In this document: one piece after another, positions 1 to 7,328 of the stretch
Position numbering within the stretch: the first letter of the stretch is position 1
Layout: every line of letters begins with the position of its first letter
Source: an uncultured Candidatus Saccharibacteria bacterium
GTDB taxonomy: Bacteria; Patescibacteriota; Minisyncoccia; Phycocordibacterales; Phycocordibacteraceae
Direction of reading: 5' to 3'
Assembly: GCA_964357805.1 (NCBI GenBank)
Contig: CAYHMS010000001.1
Span: 17,176 to 56,297 of the forward strand
DNA: 39,122 bases
The notes under the pieces: generated by a model
What the model was told of the DNA's origin: nothing
Seen by the model: only the letters and a program-made list of their open reading frames with translations
Database searches by the model: none
Translations under genes and position numbers: made by a program

Positions 1-103
1 AAAACACTTTTTTTTATACCCCCCCCCCCACCCCCCCTTTTTTTTTTTTTTTTTCGGGGGGGGGGGGGGGGGGCCCCCCACCCCCCCCCCCGCCCCCCCC
101 CCC
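1..103. repeat. Homopolymer block (runs of T, C and G up to about 19 nt) at the contig edge; probable sequencing/assembly artefact
   Basis: Successive long mononucleotide runs with no coding potential, ending where the murA frame begins. Confidence 0.8.
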
Positions 104-106
104 GCG

Positions 107-634
107 CCGATTGAGTTCCTTGAAGTCGAACTACTCATTCTCGAGAAGATGGGGCTCAACTTCAGATTGTCGGAGACCAGATTGTCGGAAAACGGCATCA
201 CGAAGCTCGTTGACATCAGCATTGAGCCATCGGAGCTCGTTGCCGTCCCCGAAAAAATTCACCCACGCCCCTATCCGGGACTCAACATTGATAACCTCCC
301 TTTCTTCGCGGTCATCGCGACCCAAGCGAAAGGGACAACCCTCATTCACGACTGGGTGTATGAGAAGCGTGCGATTTATTACACCGAGCTCGACCGTCTC
401 GGCGCGAACACGAGCCTCTTGGACCCGCATCGCATCAACATAACGGGCCCGACGCATCTCCGGGCCGCAGAAGTCATCTGCCCGCCCGCGCTCCGCCCCG
501 CGACCATCATCCTCGTTGGAATGCTCGCGGCCAATGGCCGTTCCATGCTCCGCAATGTCTACAGCATCAATCGCGGCTACGAAGATATCGTCCACCGCCT
601 CCAACTCCTCGGCGCATCCATCGAGGCGACATGA
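107..634 (+). CDS. murA: UDP-N-acetylglucosamine 1-carboxyvinyltransferase, C-terminal part (5' end lies off the contig)
   Basis: Frame is open back to the homopolymer block. Translation has PYPGLNIDNLPFF, GTTLIHDWVYEKR, LRPATIILVGMLAANG and INRGYEDIVHRLQLLGA, collinear with the MurA C-terminal half. Confidence 0.85.
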   Translation, partial: PIEFLEVELLILEKMGLNFRLSETRLSENGITKLVDISIEPSELVAVPEKIHPRPYPGLNIDNLPFFAVIATQAKGTTLIHDWVYEKRAIYYTELDRLGANTSLLDPHRINITGPTHLRAAEVICPPALRPATIILVGMLAANGRSMLRNVYSINRGYEDIVHRLQLLGASIEAT

Positions 635-915
635 AGTCCATCCGCGAGATTCTGCCCGAGTTTGAAAAAAAGAGGGCGGCGGCGCCGAAAGGGAGAAAAC
701 GCCAGACCGAGCGCGGGGAGCTGATGCGATTCTTCCAGCGGCACTTAAATTATTCCCGCAAACGGGACGGCCTCGCGCCGCTCACGATGGCGCATCTCGG
801 CACCATTCTTGAAAAAATACCAACGCAAGATTTGTATTATTTAAAAAGCGTCTGTAGTCAGGCGAAAAACTTCGGCAAAAAATTTTGGTGGGAACTGGAC
901 CCGACCAAACACTAA
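631..915 (+). CDS. Hypothetical small basic protein
   Basis: 94-aa ORF whose ATG overlaps the murA stop (ATGA); no recognisable motif. Confidence 0.5.
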   Translation: MKSIREILPEFEKKRAAAPKGRKRQTERGELMRFFQRHLNYSRKRDGLAPLTMAHLGTILEKIPTQDLYYLKSVCSQAKNFGKKFWWELDPTKH

Positions 916-928
916 TCGCGCTAATTTT

Positions 929-937
929 TGATATAGT
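929..937 (+). promoter_or_regulatory. Extended -10 box TGaTATAGT, 7 nt upstream of ATG 945 (leaderless-type promoter)
   Basis: Read directly from the sequence; belongs to the recurrent TANNNT-N6/7-ATG pattern. Confidence 0.5.
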
Positions 938-944
938 TCGCCAC

Positions 945-2297
945 ATGAGAGAGATAGTCCAAGATGGGGCGAAAGTGCTGCGCGAGACGGCGAAGCCGGT
1001 GCCGGAAAAATTGTTCGGCTCGGCAGAACTCGCGCAGCTCGTTGCCGATATGACGGAGGCGCTCGATAGAGAACCCGAGGGCGTCGCGCTCGCTGCACCG
1101 CAGGTGGGAGTCTTGTATCGTCTCTTTATCGTGCGCAAGGACCGCACGCTTCCGGTAAATGCTCAAGGTTCGACCTTAACCCAGAATTCTCAAGGTCAAA
1201 CCTTGGCGGCGGAGGTTGAGGTGTACATCAATCCAGAAATTATAAAAACGTCACGGCGGAAAACAAAGGCGGACGAAGGGTGCCTCTCGGTCCGCGGAGT
1301 GTACGGCACGACGAAGCGGCACGAGCGCGTCTCCATCCGCGCCCGCCATCCGGACGGCTCGCGATTCACGCGCGGCGCGGGCGGCCTTCTCGCGCAAATA
1401 TTCGAGCACGAAATTGACCATTTGAACGGCATTCTCTTTACTGACCATGCGGAACATCTTATCCACCTATCGCACAAATCAGGGCATTCCTTCGCCTACT
1501 TCGGCACGCCAAAGGTGGCGAGCGATACACTCGCTGTTCTTATTGAGCGCGGATTCATCCCCACGCTCGTCGTGACCTCGCCCGACGCGCCGAAGGGCCG
1601 AGGGCTCGCGCTCGCGCAATCGGAGACGAAAGCGCTCGCGCTCGCACACAACCTACCGGTCATGACTCCAGAAAAACTTGATGCAGAGATTATCACCGCC
1701 ATTAGTGCGCTCGGATGCGAATACGCCGTCTGTGTCGCGTACGGAAAAATATTTCCCGAAGAACTTATCAATGCCTTTCCGAAAGGCGTACTGAACGTGC
1801 ATTACTCGCTCCTACCAAAGTATCGCGGCGCAACGCCAGTCGAAACTGCCCTTCTCGCGGGAGAACAGGAGACCGGTGTGACTATCCAGAAGATGGCGCG
1901 CGAGCTCGACGCGGGCGACATCCTTGCGCAAGAAACGGTGCCTATCGCACCGGATGAAACAGCGCGCGAATTGCGCCCGCGACTCATTGCTCTGGGCGCG
2001 CATCTGCTCGCCGACACGCTTCCCGCGTATCTCGCGAGCGCTGTCGTACCAGTTCCGCAGGATGCGGCGCGCGCTTCGCGCGCGCATAAACTCTCCAAAG
2101 AAGACGGGCTTGTGTCGCTCGACACGTCTGCCGAAGATAACTGGAATAAATATCGCGCCTATGCTGATTCTATCGGCACGTATTTTTTCGACAATGAAAA
2201 ACGTATGAAAATAACCAAGGCGTCATTCAAAGACGGGAAATTCGTCATTGAGCGCGTCATTCCCGAAGGAAAGCGCGAAACAGCGTACGTCGCTTAA
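945..2297 (+). CDS. def-fmt: Peptide deformylase fused in frame to methionyl-tRNA formyltransferase
   Basis: One uninterrupted ORF. The N-terminal part has GVALAAPQVG, EGCLSVRG and HEIDHLNG (PDF motifs 1-3). The C-terminal part has FGTPKVA, VVTSPDAPKGRG and NVHYSLLPKYRGATPV (Fmt). Start set at ATG 945 (MREIVQDG). Confidence 0.85.
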   Translation: MREIVQDGAKVLRETAKPVPEKLFGSAELAQLVADMTEALDREPEGVALAAPQVGVLYRLFIVRKDRTLPVNAQGSTLTQNSQGQTLAAEVEVYINPEIIKTSRRKTKADEGCLSVRGVYGTTKRHERVSIRARHPDGSRFTRGAGGLLAQIFEHEIDHLNGILFTDHAEHLIHLSHKSGHSFAYFGTPKVASDTLAVLIERGFIPTLVVTSPDAPKGRGLALAQSETKALALAHNLPVMTPEKLDAEIITAISALGCEYAVCVAYGKIFPEELINAFPKGVLNVHYSLLPKYRGATPVETALLAGEQETGVTIQKMARELDAGDILAQETVPIAPDETARELRPRLIALGAHLLADTLPAYLASAVVPVPQDAARASRAHKLSKEDGLVSLDTSAEDNWNKYRAYADSIGTYFFDNEKRMKITKASFKDGKFVIERVIPEGKRETAYVA

Positions 2298-2656
2298 CGC
2301 CCAAAGCGGAGCATCCGTTTCAGCGCGGCTCCGCCGCGCCTCCAGAGCCGCCGCGTGCGGCCGCGCGAACGTCGTATCTCGGCCTCAAGCTCGCTCCGCA
2401 CTCTGTCTGCCGCGCTCTCGGGTGAGGGCTTCACCGCTTCGGCGTGGAAGACGTTGCCGTTAATCGTAAGCCGCGCGACGAGCCGACAGGGCTCCGATGA
2501 GCGCCCTTCGGGTGGCGCCTCCTCTATCTCTATCTCAAGCAACGCTCTATCGCCTTCTTCGCCAAGAAGACGAAGTGGCGCCGTGAGCTTCTCTTCAATA
2601 AGCGCCTCGGTCTCCGGACTAAGCCGATACTTCGTTGCCTTGATGGTGATGTTCAT
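2294..2656 (-). CDS. hpf: Ribosome hibernation promoting factor / RaiA family
   Basis: MNITIKATKYRLSPETEALIEEKL N-terminus and overall length are typical of HPF/YfiA; basic C-terminal tail. Confidence 0.75.
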   Translation of the reverse strand: MNITIKATKYRLSPETEALIEEKLTAPLRLLGEEGDRALLEIEIEEAPPEGRSSEPCRLVARLTINGNVFHAEAVKPSPESAADRVRSELEAEIRRSRGRTRRLWRRGGAALKRMLRFGR

Positions 2657-2668
2657 GAATGAGAAGAA

Positions 2669-2908
2669 TTACTGTTTTGAATAATGCTCGCGCAGATACG
2701 CGTCTATATCTGCCGACTCATACATCTCTACGCCGCGGGAAGCATCGACGAGATACGGCACCTGTCGCTTTCCACCTCGCGCAACGAGCTCGGAGGCCAC
2801 CGTATCGTCCGCGATATTCTTCTCTTCAAATAATATTCCAAGCTCTTCTCCCGTATCGAGTACCTTGTGACAAAATGGGCATCCAGTTTCTATGTAGAGG
2901 ATTAACAT
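2669..2908 (-). CDS. Glutaredoxin-like protein
   Basis: 79 aa with a CPFC active site and a QVPYL motif. Confidence 0.8.
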   Translation of the reverse strand: MLILYIETGCPFCHKVLDTGEELGILFEEKNIADDTVASELVARGGKRQVPYLVDASRGVEMYESADIDAYLREHYSKQ

Positions 2909-2914
2909 GCGCCT

Positions 2915-2920
2915 AGTATA
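2915..2920 (-). promoter_or_regulatory. -10 box TATACT, 6 nt upstream of ATG 2908
   Basis: Read directly from the sequence. Confidence 0.45.
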
Positions 2921-2935
2921 CTACGCGCTTTGGTA

Positions 2936-3916
2936 TTAGTCGTTATCTTTTTCTTCTCCAATTTGCTCCGCTTCTTCTTTATCGGCGTCTTTTAATTTAT
3001 TTTCAAACTCGTGTTGTTGTATTTCTTTTTCGTCATCAAGGTCTTCTTCTTCATCTTTAGCGTCCTTGAGATTTTCTAACTGTTTTTCTGCTTCTTTTAG
3101 GGCTTTCTTGGCTTCTTTTGCCAAGCGTTTAGCGTTTTCGTAATTGCCTGCGTCAAATGCGGCTTTAGCTTGCGAGAGCAAGGCGTCAAACTCCTTAAAT
3201 GCTCCGTCTGGTATCGTAAGATTGTCCTCTTTTGCCTCTTTCAAAATATCCGCCCTTTCTTCTTCGGCGTCTTTTATTTTTTCTGCGGCTTCCTCTTTAA
3301 ATCCCAGTGCTTCGTCAAAATGTTCTTTTTCTTCCTCAATGTCTTCGTCATCGTTGTCTTCATGTTGTTCCAAAAGTTCTTTTTGAGCTTTAAGGTCGGC
3401 GATTTCTTTTGACAATACTTCAACTTGGGCGGTATTACCAGCTAAACGAGCTTCTTTGAGCTTGGCTTTTAGTTCGTCAATTTTAGCGTCTAATGTGTCC
3501 ACCTCTGATTTGAAGGTGCTTTTAAGTTCTTCTCGTGCGGGGTCAAAATCATCGGAAAGGTCTCTGGCAAGATTGCTTGTGTCTTTGCCTTCCTGCTTTT
3601 GGCTTGCAAGAATAGCTGTTGCCCGTGAAAGATTATCGCCGAGACGCTCCTCGGCAATGCTAATACCCCTTGCATTAACGCCCTTGTCTTCAAGAACAAG
3701 TTTTATTTCTGCTATCCGTTCTTTAGCAAAAGTAATTTCTAATCTTGCCTTGCTTTCAGGGTTAAAGGTGAAAAATCGCTGGAGGGTCTCACCCAATTTA
3801 TCAAGAAAATAAAAAGGGCTTTCAGGCGTAAGTCCCGCACTGGGCAACGCTCCATTTTGAGCAAAAACTAAAAATGGAACAAAGAGTAACGAAATAAAAG
3901 CTATTTTAATTTTCAT
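2936..3916 (-). CDS. Secreted K/E-rich coiled-coil protein (DUF5667-like)
   Basis: Signal peptide MKIKIAFISLLFVPFLVFA, then a PESPFYFLDKLGE motif and a long charged coiled-coil region. Confidence 0.7.
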   Translation of the reverse strand: MKIKIAFISLLFVPFLVFAQNGALPSAGLTPESPFYFLDKLGETLQRFFTFNPESKARLEITFAKERIAEIKLVLEDKGVNARGISIAEERLGDNLSRATAILASQKQEGKDTSNLARDLSDDFDPAREELKSTFKSEVDTLDAKIDELKAKLKEARLAGNTAQVEVLSKEIADLKAQKELLEQHEDNDDEDIEEEKEHFDEALGFKEEAAEKIKDAEEERADILKEAKEDNLTIPDGAFKEFDALLSQAKAAFDAGNYENAKRLAKEAKKALKEAEKQLENLKDAKDEEEDLDDEKEIQQHEFENKLKDADKEEAEQIGEEKDND

Positions 3917-3953
3917 TGTAATTTTGCTATTTATCTACCCAAGCAATGCTTTG

Positions 3954-3962
3954 ATTATAGCA
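3954..3962 (-). promoter_or_regulatory. Extended -10 box TGcTATAAT, about 37 nt upstream of ATG 3916
   Basis: Read directly from the sequence. Confidence 0.4.
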
Positions 3963-4096
3963 CAATCTCTTGTGGTGAAATAGCTACTCCACCTCGGAGC
4001 TTCAATAACCGGAGTCGGCAATTCTGGGGCTGGCTGTGGAGTGCTTTCTTCCGGGGGCATATCTAGATTCTACCGCACAGGCGAGCCATGCTTCGG

Positions 4097-4126
4097 GCGA
4101 ATGGCTCAACGGGTTGAGCCATTCGC
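4097..4126. other. Perfect 14-bp-arm inverted repeat GCGAATGGCTCAAC-gg-GTTGAGCCATTCGC
   Basis: Read directly from the sequence. Lies 9 nt downstream of the stop of the minus-strand ORF 4135-4329; no U-tract follows. Confidence 0.6.
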
Positions 4127-4134
4127 TTGGGTGG

Positions 4135-4329
4135 CTATTTCGGAGTATAGAAGACGCCTTGTACGAATTCAAATATCTTCTGCTTGTTCTCGGTCTTCTG
4201 CTCCGTTTGTTTATCCCGAGCGCAGTCGAGGGGCTGAGCGATAAATCCGGCGTTCGCTTTTCCTCGCGCGATGTACATTCCGATAGCGATGCCGGCGAGG
4301 GCGACGATGATTAGGATGATGTAATTCAT
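4135..4329 (-). CDS. Small membrane-anchored protein, possibly truncated
   Basis: N-terminal TM helix (IILIIVALAGIAIGMYI). A TACAAT box sits exactly 6 nt upstream of the ATG. Confidence 0.5.
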   Translation of the reverse strand: MNYIILIIVALAGIAIGMYIARGKANAGFIAQPLDCARDKQTEQKTENKQKIFEFVQGVFYTPK

Positions 4330-4335
4330 CGAGAT

Positions 4336-4341
4336 ATTGTA
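4336..4341 (-). promoter_or_regulatory. -10 box TACAAT, 6 nt upstream of ATG 4329
   Basis: Read directly from the sequence. Confidence 0.45.
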
Positions 4342-4447
4342 CTACATCAAATTCCTGTCCAATCTTTTGTTAATCAATTCTTGGGCAATGGCAGTCCTTG
4401 CTCATTGTGCGGGATAACCTATCTCGACTGTTCCAGGAGGCTCATAT

Positions 4448-5293
4448 TTATAGAAAATATGCTTCGTAAAATATCTTTCCGAGTGCATACAGGATGACAG
4501 TGAGGATAAAGCCCCACATTACGATGAAAAAAATAGTTTCTCCAGTTTTTGATCTTTGTTTACTTGGCTCATTGGTGTTCTTGGGGCGTTTAGGTAATGA
4601 TGTTATATAGGAAATTGCTAACCCGAAAAGCAGGATTACAACAAGGGCAATTGGGATTTTCGCAATCCAGCCGTCGACTGTTTGACGAGAAATCGTATGG
4701 CGCTCTGCATTCGTTTCGATTTTAGGGACACGGTGGATAGAAGTGATTCCATATATTTTGTAATCGAAATTAATTTCGTCTGGATGATAACTTAACGATT
4801 GTGTCTCGCGAAACCCTTCTCTTGTTGTCAGAATGTCTATGTCGAAGACCTCGTTTGGGTTAATGAGTACGGGTGTAAACAAAAGATGGTTATTGTCTTT
4901 CTTTTCGAGTAGTCCCTGTTGAATTGATGGGGTATCCTTCAGAGGCTGTGTTTGTGTGAGGCTGTAGTTTACTATCCGAGTATCATTGGGAAATGAAACG
5001 TCTAAACTCTCGATAAAGTCGCCTTTTTGAATTGGGACACCCCCTGAATTTTTCAGTCTGATTTTTGTAGAAACTAAGTTTGGGACCTGCTGGTCATTGT
5101 ATGTAAATCTCAAAGCACCACTCTTTGACAAGGCTGGGCTGGCAGTTAATTCAACGTTTTGACTCACAGATACATCCAAAGCTCTTTTTTGCTGCCCAAG
5201 TGGATAGAGCCAGCTTGCTAAAGCAATCGTGCTGGTAATTAGTAAACCTCCTACCACCACCCTACCATTCGCAGTTTGAAGAAATTCTCTCAT
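4448..5293 (-). CDS. Membrane protein of unknown function (one N-terminal TM, beta-rich middle domain, two C-terminal TMs)
   Basis: 281-aa ORF in the low-GC island; hydrophobic segments at aa 12-30, about 205-225 and about 250-275; no catalytic motif recognised. Confidence 0.7.
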   Translation of the reverse strand: MREFLQTANGRVVVGGLLITSTIALASWLYPLGQQKRALDVSVSQNVELTASPALSKSGALRFTYNDQQVPNLVSTKIRLKNSGGVPIQKGDFIESLDVSFPNDTRIVNYSLTQTQPLKDTPSIQQGLLEKKDNNHLLFTPVLINPNEVFDIDILTTREGFRETQSLSYHPDEINFDYKIYGITSIHRVPKIETNAERHTISRQTVDGWIAKIPIALVVILLFGLAISYITSLPKRPKNTNEPSKQRSKTGETIFFIVMWGFILTVILYALGKIFYEAYFL

Positions 5294-5394
5294 GATGGTT
5301 GAAGCTTGTGCGCTTTCCCCTTGGGGATTTCGATTTTTTTATGCATTAAACAGTTCTCACAGAGTATATAAACTTCATACATCAGCTCGTTCAT
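5290..5394 (-). CDS. Candidate 34-aa smORF (MNELMYEVYILCENCLMHKKIEIPKGKAHKLQPS) translationally coupled to the membrane protein
   Basis: Not in the supplied ORF track. Its stop overlaps the downstream ATG (ATGA), and it fills the gap between DUF2188 and the membrane protein. Contains a single CxxC. Confidence 0.3.
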   Translation of the reverse strand: MNELMYEVYILCENCLMHKKIEIPKGKAHKLQPS

Positions 5395-5412
5395 ACAGAC
5401 ATTTTTATTTTT

Positions 5413-5661
5413 TTAATGTTCGTTATCTTTAGGAGGATTGGTGTCATTACCAGGCTCAATTGTGTCTTTGCTACGAATCTTCCCGTCCAAACCTTTCGTA
5501 ATCAATTCACCGCCACCCTGATTAGTAAGCATTTCTCGCGCGGCCTCCTCAGCTTCTTTTTGAGTACGATGCACGCTTGATGCCTTTTCAGCGTCATTGC
5601 GCTTATTTATCCACTCATCGTCTCTTTTGAAGACCATTCTGTCGCGTCCTTTGCCACTCAT
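5413..5661 (-). CDS. DUF2188-like small protein
   Basis: W..KR...KASSVH.TQKEAEEAAREMLTNQGGGELITKGLDGKIRSKDT pattern with a DP/PP-type tail, as remembered for DUF2188. Confidence 0.7.
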   Translation of the reverse strand: MSGKGRDRMVFKRDDEWINKRNDAEKASSVHRTQKEAEEAAREMLTNQGGGELITKGLDGKIRSKDTIEPGNDTNPPKDNEH

Positions 5662-5668
5662 GCGATTA

Positions 5669-5677
5669 ACTCTACCA
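5669..5677 (-). promoter_or_regulatory. Extended -10 box TGgTAGAGT, 7 nt upstream of ATG 5661
   Basis: Read directly from the sequence. Confidence 0.5.
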
Positions 5678-5734
5678 TGGAAAATGTTTTATTGCAAGCG
5701 TTCTTCTGAGCACTCGTGTGATTCCCAATGAAGA

Positions 5735-5743
5735 TGCTAAAAT
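5735..5743 (+). promoter_or_regulatory. Extended -10 box TGcTAAAAT, 6 nt upstream of ATG 5750
   Basis: Read directly from the sequence. Confidence 0.5.
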
Positions 5744-5749
5744 GTTCCT

Positions 5750-7324
5750 ATGTCTTTAGTCTCTATTCCAGAAGCATCGAAATGGGCGACAGAATATCTC
5801 AATAAAGAGGTGTCACCTACAAACATCTCCTACCTTGTTCAATACGGTAGAGTTAAAAAACTCGGCGAAAACGGCTCTACTCTCGTCGATTTGGGTGATT
5901 TGAAAAAGTACTACGAATCTTACAATGGGAAGCGTGAGATAAGTTGGAAAAAAAATCTAGGTGGCGATCTAAATTGGACACTCTCATTTGATAATCTGCG
6001 CGAAAAAGACACCACAAAGCATGTTCATAGACTCCACCCATATAAGGGGAAATACATTCCGCAGCTCGTTGAATACTTTTTGGATACGCATACAGATGAT
6101 TTCAAGAAAGAAATCTACTTTAGGCAGGGTGATATTGTCCTTGATCCATTTCTTGGCTCTGGGACGACAATTATTCAATCACTTGAGATGGGTATTCACT
6201 CTGTGGGCATAGATGTTTCAGAGTTTAATTGCATGATCTCTAGCTGTAAGGCAACTCACTATGACAATGAATATTTGCAGAGGGCGATTAAAAAACTAAT
6301 CGCCTCACTTGATTCTTTTGAACATGACAACAGAATCTATGAGTTCGAAAACGAGCTTTTGGCGGAGCTTGCAAAATTTAATGGGACGTATTTCTTTGGT
6401 TCTGACTTTAAGTACAGCGTCAATCAGAAATCTATTGACGAGAGTAAATTTTCTATAGAAAAGGAACAGGAGTTTTTGCCGACTTATCAGAAGTTGCTCA
6501 AAAAATATTCGATAAAATTAAAACAGAATAAATCAGATTCTTTCCTTGACCTTTGGTTTATGGATAATGTTCGTCGCGAAATTGACCATGTTTTTCAAAC
6601 AATAAGACAAGAAAGGGATGTTAAAACGCGGAAAATGCTTGCGCTCATTTTGAGCAGGACGATTAGATCGTGTCGTGCGACTACGCACAGCGACCTAGCA
6701 ACCCTTAAAGAACCTCAGCTCACAACTTATTATTGCTACAAGCACAAAAAAATATGTAAGCCGCTTTTCTCTATAACGAGCATGCTTAATCGTTATGCCC
6801 TTGATACTTTGAGCAGAATCAAAGAATTTGGCGAGCTACGGAAACCCGTTCACTACTCTGTCTTAACTGGCGATTCAAGAACGGTGAATATTTTTGAACA
6901 GGTAGAAAAAAAGAATCCGGAATTTTCACAAACTCTAAAGAAGCAAAAAATAGCTGGCATATTCTGCTCTCCCCCATACGTCGGTCAAATTGATTATCAC
7001 GAACAGCATGCTTATGCGTATGACCTTCTTGGATTTAAACGCAAAGATGACTTAGAAATAGGACCTCTTTATAAGGGACAAGGGATGGAAGCTCGTCGGT
7101 CATACGCACAAGGTATCGCAGATGTACTGAACAACTGCAAAAAGTATCTAAACGATGACCCTGATATTTTCCTTGTTGCTAACGATAAATTCAATCTCTA
7201 CCCAGAAATTGCCGAGAAGTCGGGTATGAAAATCGTGAATCAATTTAAACGTCCTGTATTAAATCGCACAGAGAGAGACAGGAATCCGTATTCCGAGATT
7301 ATTTTTCACTTTAAGGTAAAATAG
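5750..7324 (+). CDS. Site-specific DNA methyltransferase (amino-MTase; SPPY motif suggests N4-cytosine or N6-adenine)
   Basis: AdoMet motif I VLDPFLGSGTT near aa 140 and motif IV FCSPPYVGQIDY near aa 405, about 255 aa apart (alpha-like order). HTH-like N-terminus. Confidence 0.85.
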   Translation: MSLVSIPEASKWATEYLNKEVSPTNISYLVQYGRVKKLGENGSTLVDLGDLKKYYESYNGKREISWKKNLGGDLNWTLSFDNLREKDTTKHVHRLHPYKGKYIPQLVEYFLDTHTDDFKKEIYFRQGDIVLDPFLGSGTTIIQSLEMGIHSVGIDVSEFNCMISSCKATHYDNEYLQRAIKKLIASLDSFEHDNRIYEFENELLAELAKFNGTYFFGSDFKYSVNQKSIDESKFSIEKEQEFLPTYQKLLKKYSIKLKQNKSDSFLDLWFMDNVRREIDHVFQTIRQERDVKTRKMLALILSRTIRSCRATTHSDLATLKEPQLTTYYCYKHKKICKPLFSITSMLNRYALDTLSRIKEFGELRKPVHYSVLTGDSRTVNIFEQVEKKNPEFSQTLKKQKIAGIFCSPPYVGQIDYHEQHAYAYDLLGFKRKDDLEIGPLYKGQGMEARRSYAQGIADVLNNCKKYLNDDPDIFLVANDKFNLYPEIAEKSGMKIVNQFKRPVLNRTERDRNPYSEIIFHFKVK

Positions 7325-7328
7325 AGGT

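Noticed and set aside
885-944. Upstream start at 885 for the def-fmt ORF, overlapping gene 631-915
   Set aside because: The first 20 codons have no PDF similarity. ATG 945 has an extended -10 box 7 nt upstream and aligns with the usual PDF N-terminus.
3990-4016. Possible att-like direct repeat of the tRNA-Asn 3' end (CCGGAGTCGGCAATTC versus CCGGAGACAGGATTC) at the far side of island 1
   Set aside because: The match covers only about 10 of 15 positions and needs a gap. That is too weak by eye to call an integration scar and needs computational alignment.
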